Part shown: one piece after another, positions 8,227 to 15,800 of the stretch
Position numbering within the stretch: the first letter of the stretch is position 1
Layout of the letters: the number at the start of each line of letters is the position of its first letter
NCBI GenBank assembly: GCA_035575695.1
Contig: DATLXP010000053.1
Coordinates: 1,846 to 65,845, forward strand
DNA from: Vicinamibacterales bacterium
Lineage (GTDB): Bacteria; Acidobacteriota; Vicinamibacteria; Vicinamibacterales; 2-12-FULL-66-21
DNA length: 64,000 nt
Direction of reading: 5' to 3'
Position numbers and translations under genes: made by a program
The notes under the pieces: generated by a model
What the model was told of the DNA's origin: nothing
Databases searched by the model: none
Seen by the model: the letters and a program-made list of their open reading frames with translations, nothing else

Positions 8227-9793
8227 TGATCACTCGTCGTGCCGCGTTCCGTCCAGGTGCGCCCATGATTCCGCCGCCGGGGTGTGTGGCGGATCCGCAC
8301 ATGTAGAGGTTCCTGATCGGCGTCCGGTATTGCGCCCACCCGGGCGCGGGGCGCAGGAAGAACAGCTGCTCGAGCGTCAGCTCCCCCTGAAAAATATTAC
8401 CCTCGGTCAACCCGAAGTCGCGCTCGATGTCGAGCGGGGTGAGTACCTGGCGGTGCAGGATGATGTCTTTGATGTTCGGCGCATGTTCCGCGATCGTGTT
8501 GATGACGGTGTCGCCGAACGCATCCCGGTGGTCGTCCCACGTGCCTCCTTCCTTGAGGTGGTACGGCGCGTACTGGACGAAGCAGGACATGACGTGCTTG
8601 CCCGGCGGCGCCACGAAAGGATCGGTCAGGCTCGGGATCACCATGTCGATGTACGGACGCCTGGAGTACCGGCCGTACTTGGCCTCGTCATAGGCGCGCT
8701 CCATGTACTCGACGCTCGGGGAAATCGAGATCGCCCCGCGCAGGTGCGGGCCCGGCCCGGGCATCGCCGTGAAGTTCGGGAGCGCGTCGAGCGCCAGGTT
8801 CACCTTCCCGGACGATCCGCGGTACTTGTATCGCTTCACATCGCTCACGAACTCGTCGGGGAGGTTGTCTTCCCCGACCATTTTCAGGAACGTCAGGTTC
8901 GGGTCGACGCTCGACGAGACGACGTCCGCCGTCAGGTAGTCGCCGCTGGTCAGCACGACCCCCACGGCCGCGCCATCCTTGATGATGATCTTCGACACGG
9001 CGGTCTCGGAGCGGATCTCCACGCCCGCCTCACGCGCGGCGTCGGCGATGGCGTTCGAGATCGCGCCGGTCCCGCCGCGCGCAAATCCCCACGAGCGAAA
9101 GGCGCCGTCGATCTCTCCCATGTAGTGGTGGAGCAGCACGTAGGCCGTGCCTGGAGAACGCACGCCGAGAAATGTTCCGATGATCCCCGACGCCGACATC
9201 GTCGCCTTCAGCACGTCGGTTTCGAACCACTGGTCCAGGAAGTCGACCGCGCTCATCGTCATGAGCTGGACCTGGTTGTACTTGTCCTGATCGCGGAGCG
9301 CCTGGAACCGCTTGCCCAGAAAGAGCAGGTTCATCAGACCGCGCGGATCGAGAGAGGTCGGATCCGGCGGCGTCATGTTCAGGATGGGCTTGACGAAACG
9401 GCCCATCTCGACCATCGGCTTGCCGTACTCGTCATACGCCTCGGCGTCGAGCTTCGAGTGGCGTGCGATCTCCCGGTGCGTCCTGGCGTGGTCGTTCACG
9501 CGCCAGAGATAGTCGCCGCTCGGCATGGGCGTGAACGTGCCGTCGAGCGGCAGGATCTCGAGCCCGTGGCGCGGAAGCTCCAGCTCCCGGATGATCTCCG
9601 GACGGAGGAGCGACACGACGTACGACGCGACGGAAAACTTGAAGCCCGGGAAGATCTCTTCGGTCACCGCGGCGCCGCCGAGCACGTGCCTGCGCTCGAG
9701 CACGAGGACCTTGCGTCCGGCCCTGGCGAGATAGGCGGCGTGGACCAGCCCGTTGTGACCGCCGCCGATGACGATGACGTCGTAGTGGGGCAT
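8198..9793 (-). CDS. NAD(P)/FAD-dependent oxidoreductase, phytoene desaturase (CrtI/COG1233) family, paralog 2
   Basis: Rossmann start MPHYDVIVIGGGHNGLVHAAYLARAGRKVLVLE at the ATG at 9793. C-terminal GSATHPGGGIMGAPGRNAAR. Collinear similarity to 6160..7737. Confidence 0.85.
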   Translation of the reverse strand: MPHYDVIVIGGGHNGLVHAAYLARAGRKVLVLERRHVLGGAAVTEEIFPGFKFSVASYVVSLLRPEIIRELELPRHGLEILPLDGTFTPMPSGDYLWRVNDHARTHREIARHSKLDAEAYDEYGKPMVEMGRFVKPILNMTPPDPTSLDPRGLMNLLFLGKRFQALRDQDKYNQVQLMTMSAVDFLDQWFETDVLKATMSASGIIGTFLGVRSPGTAYVLLHHYMGEIDGAFRSWGFARGGTGAISNAIADAAREAGVEIRSETAVSKIIIKDGAAVGVVLTSGDYLTADVVSSSVDPNLTFLKMVGEDNLPDEFVSDVKRYKYRGSSGKVNLALDALPNFTAMPGPGPHLRGAISISPSVEYMERAYDEAKYGRYSRRPYIDMVIPSLTDPFVAPPGKHVMSCFVQYAPYHLKEGGTWDDHRDAFGDTVINTIAEHAPNIKDIILHRQVLTPLDIERDFGLTEGNIFQGELTLEQLFFLRPAPGWAQYRTPIRNLYMCGSATHPGGGIMGAPGRNAARRVIKETKTGGRR

Positions 9794-9950
9794 GTGTGAA
9801 ATGCAGAACGAAGAAGAACGAACACAGAACACGGAATCGAACAACGAAGAATGAGGAGAACCGGAGTTCGCGCGCTGAGGCGCGGGGTTCAGAGGCCGGC
9901 GGTGCGGGAGCAGAGGAGGTCGAGCATCAGGGTGCCCCGAGATCTTAACC

Positions 9951-9956
9951 TATAAT
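9951..9956 (+). promoter_or_regulatory. -10-like hexamer placed for a leaderless transcript
   Basis: TATAAT followed by 9 nt and then the ATG at 9966. No SD. Confidence 0.35.
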
Positions 9957-9965
9957 CCAGGCGTC

Positions 9966-11162
9966 ATGCCGATCGGGACCGCCGTTCACGAGCGCACGTT
10001 TGCCCTCTGCGAAAGCCTCAATTACCGCGAGTGGTCGGGCTATTACGCGGTCAGCGCCTACGAGGGGCACCACGAGCACGAATACAACGCCATCCGCAAT
10101 GCGTCGGCCGTTATCGACGTCTCGCCGCTGTACAAGTATCTCGTCACCGGGCGTGACGCGGCTCGATTCATCGACCGGCTGATCACCCGCGATGTCGTGA
10201 AAATGGCCGTCGGCCAGGTGTTCTACACGCCATGGTGCGACGAGCACGGAAAGGTGATCGACGACGGGACGGTGTCGCGCCTCGAAGAGCAGACGTTCCG
10301 ATGGACGGCGGCTGACCCAAGCCTCCGCTGGTTCTCCCAGAACGCGGCGGGCATGGACGTCCATGTCGAGGATGTCTCCGAGGAGGTCGCGGCGCTCGCG
10401 CTGCAGGGACCGACGAGTGCGCGCCTGCTCCGCTCGGTCGCGGGCGTCGACATCGACGGGCTGAAATATTTCCGCGTGACGCGCGGCACCATTGGTGGCG
10501 TCAGCGTGGAGATCTCGCGCACGGGTTACACGGGGGATCTCGGATACGAGATCTGGATGCCGGCACAGCACGCGCTTCGCGTCTGGGACGCACTGATGGA
10601 CGGCGGCAAGCCGTTCGACATCAAGCCCGTCGGCATGCTGGCCCTCGATGTCGCGCGCATCGAAGCGGGGCTGCTGTTGATCGACGTCGATTTCTTCAGC
10701 AGCAAGAAGGCGATGATCCCCTCCCAGATGTACTCACCGTACGAGATGAATCTGGGACGACTGGTGAGCCTGACCAAGGGTCGGTTCATCGGGCAGCAGG
10801 CGCTCCGTGACGAACACCGGCGCGGGCACGAGAGGCAGATTGTCGGGCTGGAGGTCCAGTGGACCGACGTCGAGGCGATCTACGAGAAGCTCGGCCTCCC
10901 ACCATCGGTCGGCGCGACTGCGTCACGCATTGCGGTGCCGGTCTATCGCAACGGTCGCCAGGTAGGGCGCGCGACGTCCACCACCTGGTCGCCCGTACTC
11001 AAGAAGATGATCGCGCTGGCGACCGTGGACCGTCCCTACTACGCGAACGGAACGAAACTGGAGATGGAAGTCACGGTTGAAGCCGTGCGTCACAAGGTCG
11101 GCGCGACGGTGACGAACACGCCGTTCTTCGACCCGAAGCGAAAAACAGGAATGGTCGGGTAA
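9966..11162 (+). CDS. aminomethyltransferase (glycine-cleavage T / GcvT-like) family protein
   Basis: 398 aa. YKYLVTGRDAARFIDRLITRDV, folate-binding GcvT fold blocks, GYTGDLGYEIW. Confidence 0.85.
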   Translation: MPIGTAVHERTFALCESLNYREWSGYYAVSAYEGHHEHEYNAIRNASAVIDVSPLYKYLVTGRDAARFIDRLITRDVVKMAVGQVFYTPWCDEHGKVIDDGTVSRLEEQTFRWTAADPSLRWFSQNAAGMDVHVEDVSEEVAALALQGPTSARLLRSVAGVDIDGLKYFRVTRGTIGGVSVEISRTGYTGDLGYEIWMPAQHALRVWDALMDGGKPFDIKPVGMLALDVARIEAGLLLIDVDFFSSKKAMIPSQMYSPYEMNLGRLVSLTKGRFIGQQALRDEHRRGHERQIVGLEVQWTDVEAIYEKLGLPPSVGATASRIAVPVYRNGRQVGRATSTTWSPVLKKMIALATVDRPYYANGTKLEMEVTVEAVRHKVGATVTNTPFFDPKRKTGMVG

Positions 11163-11163
11163 T

Positions 11164-11243
11164 CGGGTTATCGGGTTATCGACTGATCGGCTTATCGACC
11201 TATCGACCTATCGACTTATCGGCTTATCGAGGTGTCGACTTAA
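11164..11243. repeat. array of ten 8-bp units CGNNNNAT (TATCG type), left arm around four-helix-bundle gene 2
   Basis: cgggttat cgggttat cgactgat cggcttat cgacctat cgacctat cgacttat cggcttat cgaggtgt cgacttaa. Confidence 0.85.
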
Positions 11244-11769
11244 CTCGAAGCTGTTTCATCTTCTCGGCGCGCTTTGTGGCTTGTTTCGCCCGGGCGGTTC
11301 TGTAGGACACTGCGAAGATCCTAGTCAGTTCGGCAGACTCCCTCTGAAGGGATCGGAAGGCCTCGGTTTCTCCTATCAGCGCCGAGCGCTGCATGAGATC
11401 CAGCCAGCCCTTGGCCTCGCTACTCTCGTCGAACACAATCCCGAGCCTGGCGGTGAACTCATCGTGTGAGCGGCCTCGCTGGGCACTGCCGTAATTTGCG
11501 TCTACGGCCGTGCCCGAGCGCAGCAGCTGTCGGGCCATATCCCTGGTCCGGACGCCATCGAGCAGCGGCGCACAGAACGTGATGATCGATTTGGAGAATT
11601 CCTCCGTTCGAGCCTTGAGCTCCTTTGGCGTCACGGACTGCCCCAGTGCACGGTAGCCGCCACATAGAAATGCGCGCGCAGAAGGGTGAAACCGGAAAGA
11701 GAGGGTCCCCGCGTCAGCGTTCCTGCCCCTCCTGACCCGTTCGAGGTACGCAGAATCCGCGAAGTCCAT
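11224..11769 (-). CDS. four-helix-bundle protein (TIGR02436/PF05635 family), start uncertain
   Basis: ELKARTEEFSKSIITF...ARQLLRSGTAVDANYGSAQRGRSHDEFTARLGIVFDESSEAKGWLDLM fits the family. The conserved part begins near the GTG at 11634, which would give about 136 aa. The N-terminal 45 aa of the ORF are probably not translated. Confidence 0.7.
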   Translation of the reverse strand: MDFADSAYLERVRRGRNADAGTLSFRFHPSARAFLCGGYRALGQSVTPKELKARTEEFSKSIITFCAPLLDGVRTRDMARQLLRSGTAVDANYGSAQRGRSHDEFTARLGIVFDESSEAKGWLDLMQRSALIGETEAFRSLQRESAELTRIFAVSYRTARAKQATKRAEKMKQLRVKSTPR

Positions 11770-11773
11770 CGTG

Positions 11774-11821
11774 CGATAGGTCGATAGGTCGATAAGCCGG
11801 TAGGTCGATAAGCCGATTAGC
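11774..11821. repeat. array of six 8-bp units CGATNNNN, right (inverted) arm around four-helix-bundle gene 2
   Basis: cgataggt cgataggt cgataagc cggtaggt cgataagc cgattagc. Bases 11774-11798 are the exact reverse complement of 11189-11213. Confidence 0.85.
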
Positions 11822-12941
11822 CCTCGTGCACCCCCCTGATCATCTGATCGAACGCGTAGAGCAGGTCTTCCCGATTCGAGTACGGCCCCGGCGTATACGC
11901 GCGAGAGCTGATGCCGGCCTGCGAGAGCTCGCAGACGTGCCAGTCCTGCCGATTCGTCAGATCCCAGAACTCCACGGCATCTTTCGGGTCGAAGCCAGGC
12001 TTCGCGATTTCATCCGGGTGGAAGTGCCACTCGCAGATGTTGATCGTCCGGTCAGGACCCTGCGGCCACAGCGTGTGGACCAGCATGTAGTCCGGGTGCA
12101 GGCTGAGGAGCATGTTGGGGAAGATCGAGTAGTAGTACACCCGCCGCACGTCCTCTGACGAGAGGCCCGGCAGTGGCGCCCGGTCGCACGTCCCGTCCCA
12201 CGTCAAGGTGTCGACCCCCGGGCGCAGGTCCATCCGGCCGCCCATGTACGTCGGCTGCAGTGCCTCGTTCTCTCCACTCAGGTAATGCGACAGCGTGTTG
12301 AGCGCGGGGTGAAGGTTCGGACAGTGCAGGCACTCGTTGTAGTTCTGCACGATCAGCTTCCAGTTCGCCTTGACGTCGTAGACGATGCGGTGTGCCAGGC
12401 GGAGCTCCTGCATGCGCCAGAAGCCGAACTTGTCCGGCAGGCTCGCGAGCTGCTCGCGGAGCGGGCGGGGCGCCGGGGACAGGTTGATGAAGAGGTGACC
12501 GTCCCAGGCGTCTGCATGGACGGCGTGCAGCGGATAGTCTGCCTTGCGGAAGTGCGGCACCTCCTCCATGTGCGGCGCGCCGATCAACGAGCCGTCGAGG
12601 TTGTAGGTCCACGCGTGGTACGGGCACTGGATGCTTCCGCCGAACGTCCCCTCAGGCTCGGTGCAGAGCTTCGTTCCACGGTGGCGGCACACGTTGAAGA
12701 ACGCGTTCACCCTGCCCGCGCCGCTGGTCGTGATGATGATGCTTTCGCCGAGGATCTCGCGCACGATGTACTGCCCGGGTCTCTCGATCTGCTCGACGCG
12801 TCCGACGCAGACCCACATGCGCCCGTAGAGCGACTCCATCTCGCGCCTGAAGTACGTGGGGTCGATATAAAACGGCGCGGGAAGCGTTCTCGCGCCGTGC
12901 GGCATCACGTCTCGCGGCTTGACCACCACGCCGGTTTCCAT
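11817..12941 (-). CDS. Rieske [2Fe-2S] aromatic-ring-hydroxylating-type oxygenase alpha subunit
   Basis: 374 aa. Rieske motif CRHRGTKLC...CPYHAWTY, then a mononuclear-iron catalytic domain (NYNECLHCPNLHP). Confidence 0.85.
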   Translation of the reverse strand: METGVVVKPRDVMPHGARTLPAPFYIDPTYFRREMESLYGRMWVCVGRVEQIERPGQYIVREILGESIIITTSGAGRVNAFFNVCRHRGTKLCTEPEGTFGGSIQCPYHAWTYNLDGSLIGAPHMEEVPHFRKADYPLHAVHADAWDGHLFINLSPAPRPLREQLASLPDKFGFWRMQELRLAHRIVYDVKANWKLIVQNYNECLHCPNLHPALNTLSHYLSGENEALQPTYMGGRMDLRPGVDTLTWDGTCDRAPLPGLSSEDVRRVYYYSIFPNMLLSLHPDYMLVHTLWPQGPDRTINICEWHFHPDEIAKPGFDPKDAVEFWDLTNRQDWHVCELSQAGISSRAYTPGPYSNREDLLYAFDQMIRGVHEG

Positions 12942-12949
12942 GGCGGTTC

Positions 12950-12955
12950 ATGATA
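12950..12955 (-). promoter_or_regulatory. -10-like hexamer placed for a leaderless transcript (divergent partner)
   Basis: The minus strand reads TATCAT followed by 8 nt and then the ATG at 12941. It overlaps the plus-strand hexamer. Confidence 0.25.
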
Positions 12956-12959
12956 CAAC
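12954..12959 (+). promoter_or_regulatory. -10-like hexamer placed for a leaderless transcript
   Basis: TACAAC followed by 6 nt and then the GTG at 12966. Confidence 0.25.
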
Positions 12960-12965
12960 CACGCC

Positions 12966-14300
12966 GTGGCATTAACAGACGAACAGCTGCCGTCATCGAC
13001 GCTGCGGCGGGAGCTTGGGCGGTGGGACCTCACCGCAGTCGGCGTGAACCAGGTGATCGGCGGCGCCGTGTTCGCGCTCCCCGCGGGTCTTGCGGCATAT
13101 GCCGGATCGTGGAGCCCGTGGATGGTTGCGGCGGTCGGCCTCGCCTCGATGCTGATCGCGTTGTCGTTCGCCGAGGTGGCGAGCCGGTTCGACGGCACCG
13201 GTGGGCCTTACCTGTACACGCGCGCGGCATTCGGCCGGTTCCCTGCGTTCGAGGTCGGCTGGATGATGTGGTTCACCCGCGCGGCGAGCTGGGCCTCTGT
13301 CATCAACGTGCTCGTCGCCGCGCTCGGCTTCTACTGGCCGGCCGTCACCACCGGGATCAATCGCACGATATTTCTTACGGTCATCATCGCGCTGATTGCC
13401 GCCATCAACGTGCGCGGCATCAAGCAGAGCAGCTTTGTCGTGAACTTTCTCACGATCGCGAAACTCCTGCCGCTGGCCGTCTTCATCGTGGTCGGCCTGT
13501 TCTACGTGGACTGGACGCTCGTCACGGCTCCGGCGACGGTCGATGCCGGCTCGCTGTCCACGAGCGCCCTCCTGTTGATCTTTGCGTTTGGCGGCTACGA
13601 AACGGTGCCCGTGCTCGGCGGCGAAGCCAGAGATCCGCGCCGCGCGATCCCGTTCGCGCTCATCACCACGATCGCGACGGTGACCGTCATCATGTCGCTG
13701 GCCCAGCTGGTCGCGGTCGGCACCTTGCCAGGCCTTGCCGGCTCCAAAACGCCACTGGCGGACGCCTCGGCCTTGTTCCTGGGGGCGGCGGGTGCCGCGA
13801 TGATCACCCTCGGTGCCGTGTTCTCGACATCTGGGAACAACATGGGACAGGCGCTCTCGGGGTCCCGTAACCTGTTCGCGCTCGCCGAGCGCGGTGACTT
13901 GCCGGCCTTCTTGGGCAAGGTGCACCCGACCTACCGCACCCCGGTGAACGCGATCCTGGTGACGGCAGCCGTGTCTCTGGTCCTCGCCATCTCCGGCAGT
14001 TTCGTGACCATGGCAGCGGCGAGTGCGATCAGCCGTCTTCTCGTCTACGTGATGACGTGTGCATCGATGATCAGGCTTCGCGCGTCCCGCTTCGCCGCAG
14101 ACGTCCCCGTCGACAGCCATGGCGTCCCGGTCCGTCAGGCACTGTTTGTCGTGCCTGGTGGCCCGATCGTTCCGAGCGTCGCGATCCTGATCGCACTGGC
14201 CATTCTGTTTGGCGCGAGCCGGCAGCAGCTGGTGTCAGGGACCGGGGCACTCGTCGCGGGCGCGGTGTTATATGTCATCGCGGTGCGGATGAAACGGTGA
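12966..14300 (+). CDS. APC superfamily amino acid permease
   Basis: 444 aa, about 12 predicted TM segments. N-terminal LTAVGVNQVIGGAVF signature. GTG start. Confidence 0.85.
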   Translation: MALTDEQLPSSTLRRELGRWDLTAVGVNQVIGGAVFALPAGLAAYAGSWSPWMVAAVGLASMLIALSFAEVASRFDGTGGPYLYTRAAFGRFPAFEVGWMMWFTRAASWASVINVLVAALGFYWPAVTTGINRTIFLTVIIALIAAINVRGIKQSSFVVNFLTIAKLLPLAVFIVVGLFYVDWTLVTAPATVDAGSLSTSALLLIFAFGGYETVPVLGGEARDPRRAIPFALITTIATVTVIMSLAQLVAVGTLPGLAGSKTPLADASALFLGAAGAAMITLGAVFSTSGNNMGQALSGSRNLFALAERGDLPAFLGKVHPTYRTPVNAILVTAAVSLVLAISGSFVTMAAASAISRLLVYVMTCASMIRLRASRFAADVPVDSHGVPVRQALFVVPGGPIVPSVAILIALAILFGASRQQLVSGTGALVAGAVLYVIAVRMKR

Positions 14301-14352
14301 CAATACCCTCTCACCGAAGGCACGAAGTTCACGGGGCGCGAGCAGACAACAA

Positions 14353-14408
14353 CGTAGCGCAGCCCTTCAGAGCTGCCACACCAACGTAGCGCAGCCCTTC
14401 AGGGCTGC
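14353..14408. repeat. REP-B, two direct copies of CGTAGCGCAGCCCTTCAG(A/G)GCTGC
   Basis: Hairpin core GCAGCCC-TTCA-GGGCTGC. Copies at 14353-14376 and 14385-14408. Confidence 0.8.
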
Positions 14409-14421
14409 CTTTGGAGAACCA

Positions 14422-14928
14422 ATGCGCCGCAATCTGTATTTGACCCTGGCTATGCTGCTGGCAACCGCCTCGCTCGCCACCGCGCAAACAGTCTTCGTGG
14501 TCCGCCACGCAGAGCGCGCGGACACGGCGACGGGCGGCTCGATGTCCATGACTGATCCCGACCTGTCAGAGCTCGGCACGGCGCGCGCGCAGGCGCTGGC
14601 GCGGGTTCTGAGAGACGTCGGGATCACCGCCATTTACGTCACGGAATTCAAGCGCACGCAGCAGACGGCCGAGCCGCTCGCCAAGGCGTTGGGGATCCAG
14701 TGGTCGCTCGTCTCGGCGAAGGACATGCCGGGCCTGATCGGGAAGCTGAAGACCGCGACCGCCAACACGCTCATCATCGGTCACTCGAACACCGTGCCCG
14801 AGATACTGAAGCAGCTTGGCGTCGTTGACCCGGTGACGCTCGCGTCCGCCGACTACGACAACCTGTTCGTGGTCTCGCGCGGAGAGAAGCCCACGTTTGT
14901 CAGGTTGCATTTCGGGAAGCAGCCCTGA
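14422..14928 (+). CDS. histidine phosphatase (phosphoglycerate-mutase-like / SixA-like) family protein, secreted
   Basis: 168 aa. Signal peptide, then catalytic VFVVRHAERAD (RHG-type motif) and IIGHSNTVP. Confidence 0.8.
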   Translation: MRRNLYLTLAMLLATASLATAQTVFVVRHAERADTATGGSMSMTDPDLSELGTARAQALARVLRDVGITAIYVTEFKRTQQTAEPLAKALGIQWSLVSAKDMPGLIGKLKTATANTLIIGHSNTVPEILKQLGVVDPVTLASADYDNLFVVSRGEKPTFVRLHFGKQP

Positions 14929-14980
14929 AGGGCTGCGCTACGAGGGAAGCGGGGAAGCGGCCCTGAAGGGCTGGGCTAGA
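14919..14980. repeat. REP-B, inverted orientation (one good and one degenerate copy)
   Basis: GCAGCCCTGAAGGGCTGCGCTACG at 14919-14942 overlaps the stop codon of the phosphatase gene. A degenerate copy lies at about 14958-14980. Confidence 0.75.
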
Positions 14981-14983
14981 GAG

Positions 14984-15760
14984 TCAGCCGGGATCGACGT
15001 CGAGCAGGCGATATTTCCAGACGCCCGCAGCGAAGGCGATCGGCGTCAGCAGGCCGAGCGCCCAGATCGTCATGGTGATAAACGTCAGCGCGAACGAGTT
15101 CGGCGCGATGAGCGCCAGCACGGGAGCAAAGACGACGGCCAGCACCCCACCCGCCACCTGGCTCAGGAGGATCCCGGCAAGCACGGGCCTCGCGGCCGGC
15201 ACCCCCGCAGGCGTCATCGCGTCCCGGTAGCTCCGCAACAACGAGATCACCGCCGCGACGGGCAGGACGATCCCGAGCAGCACCATTAATGGAAACCCGA
15301 ACACGAAGAATGTGATGACGAACGGCACGGTCACCTGCGCCTTGTCGCCCGGCCAGAGCTGCGTCAGTCCGACGATCACGATCGGCGTAAGAGCGTAGGC
15401 GATCGGCAGCTGCGGCCCTGAGCCGATGATCCATGGCCGGCGCCTGGGAAAGATCTGGCTGAAGTGAAAGAGCAGCAGGGCGCCCACGGCCAGCCCGGAG
15501 AGCCAGATCGCGAGTGGAATCCGGTGCATTGTCAGCGGATTCGTTTCTCCCATGAACCATGCGAACGTCGGAATGCCGAATGCGAGGGCATTCATGACGG
15601 CGAACGCACAGAACACCCGCGTGCGCCGGTCCCGCGGAGCCTGTCCGAGTGCCGCGGCACCAATCGACAGGTAGAGGATCCCCGCGATGATCTGTTGCGC
15701 CGCGTCCAGTGCCGTCATCGTCGGCATCGTGATGCCGATGGAGGGGTCCATTGGTGCCAT
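14984..15760 (-). CDS. polytopic integral membrane protein, unknown function
   Basis: 258 aa, about 7-8 hydrophobic segments, GC3-rich codon use. No recognisable catalytic motif. Confidence 0.55.
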   Translation of the reverse strand: MAPMDPSIGITMPTMTALDAAQQIIAGILYLSIGAAALGQAPRDRRTRVFCAFAVMNALAFGIPTFAWFMGETNPLTMHRIPLAIWLSGLAVGALLLFHFSQIFPRRRPWIIGSGPQLPIAYALTPIVIVGLTQLWPGDKAQVTVPFVITFFVFGFPLMVLLGIVLPVAAVISLLRSYRDAMTPAGVPAARPVLAGILLSQVAGGVLAVVFAPVLALIAPNSFALTFITMTIWALGLLTPIAFAAGVWKYRLLDVDPG

Positions 15761-15794
15761 TGTGTCCGAAGTGACCGGGCGAAAGCGCGCCTCC

Positions 15795-15800
15795 TATAAT
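15795..15800 (+). promoter_or_regulatory. -10-like hexamer placed for a leaderless transcript
   Basis: TATAAT followed by 7 nt and then the ATG at 15808. Confidence 0.3.
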
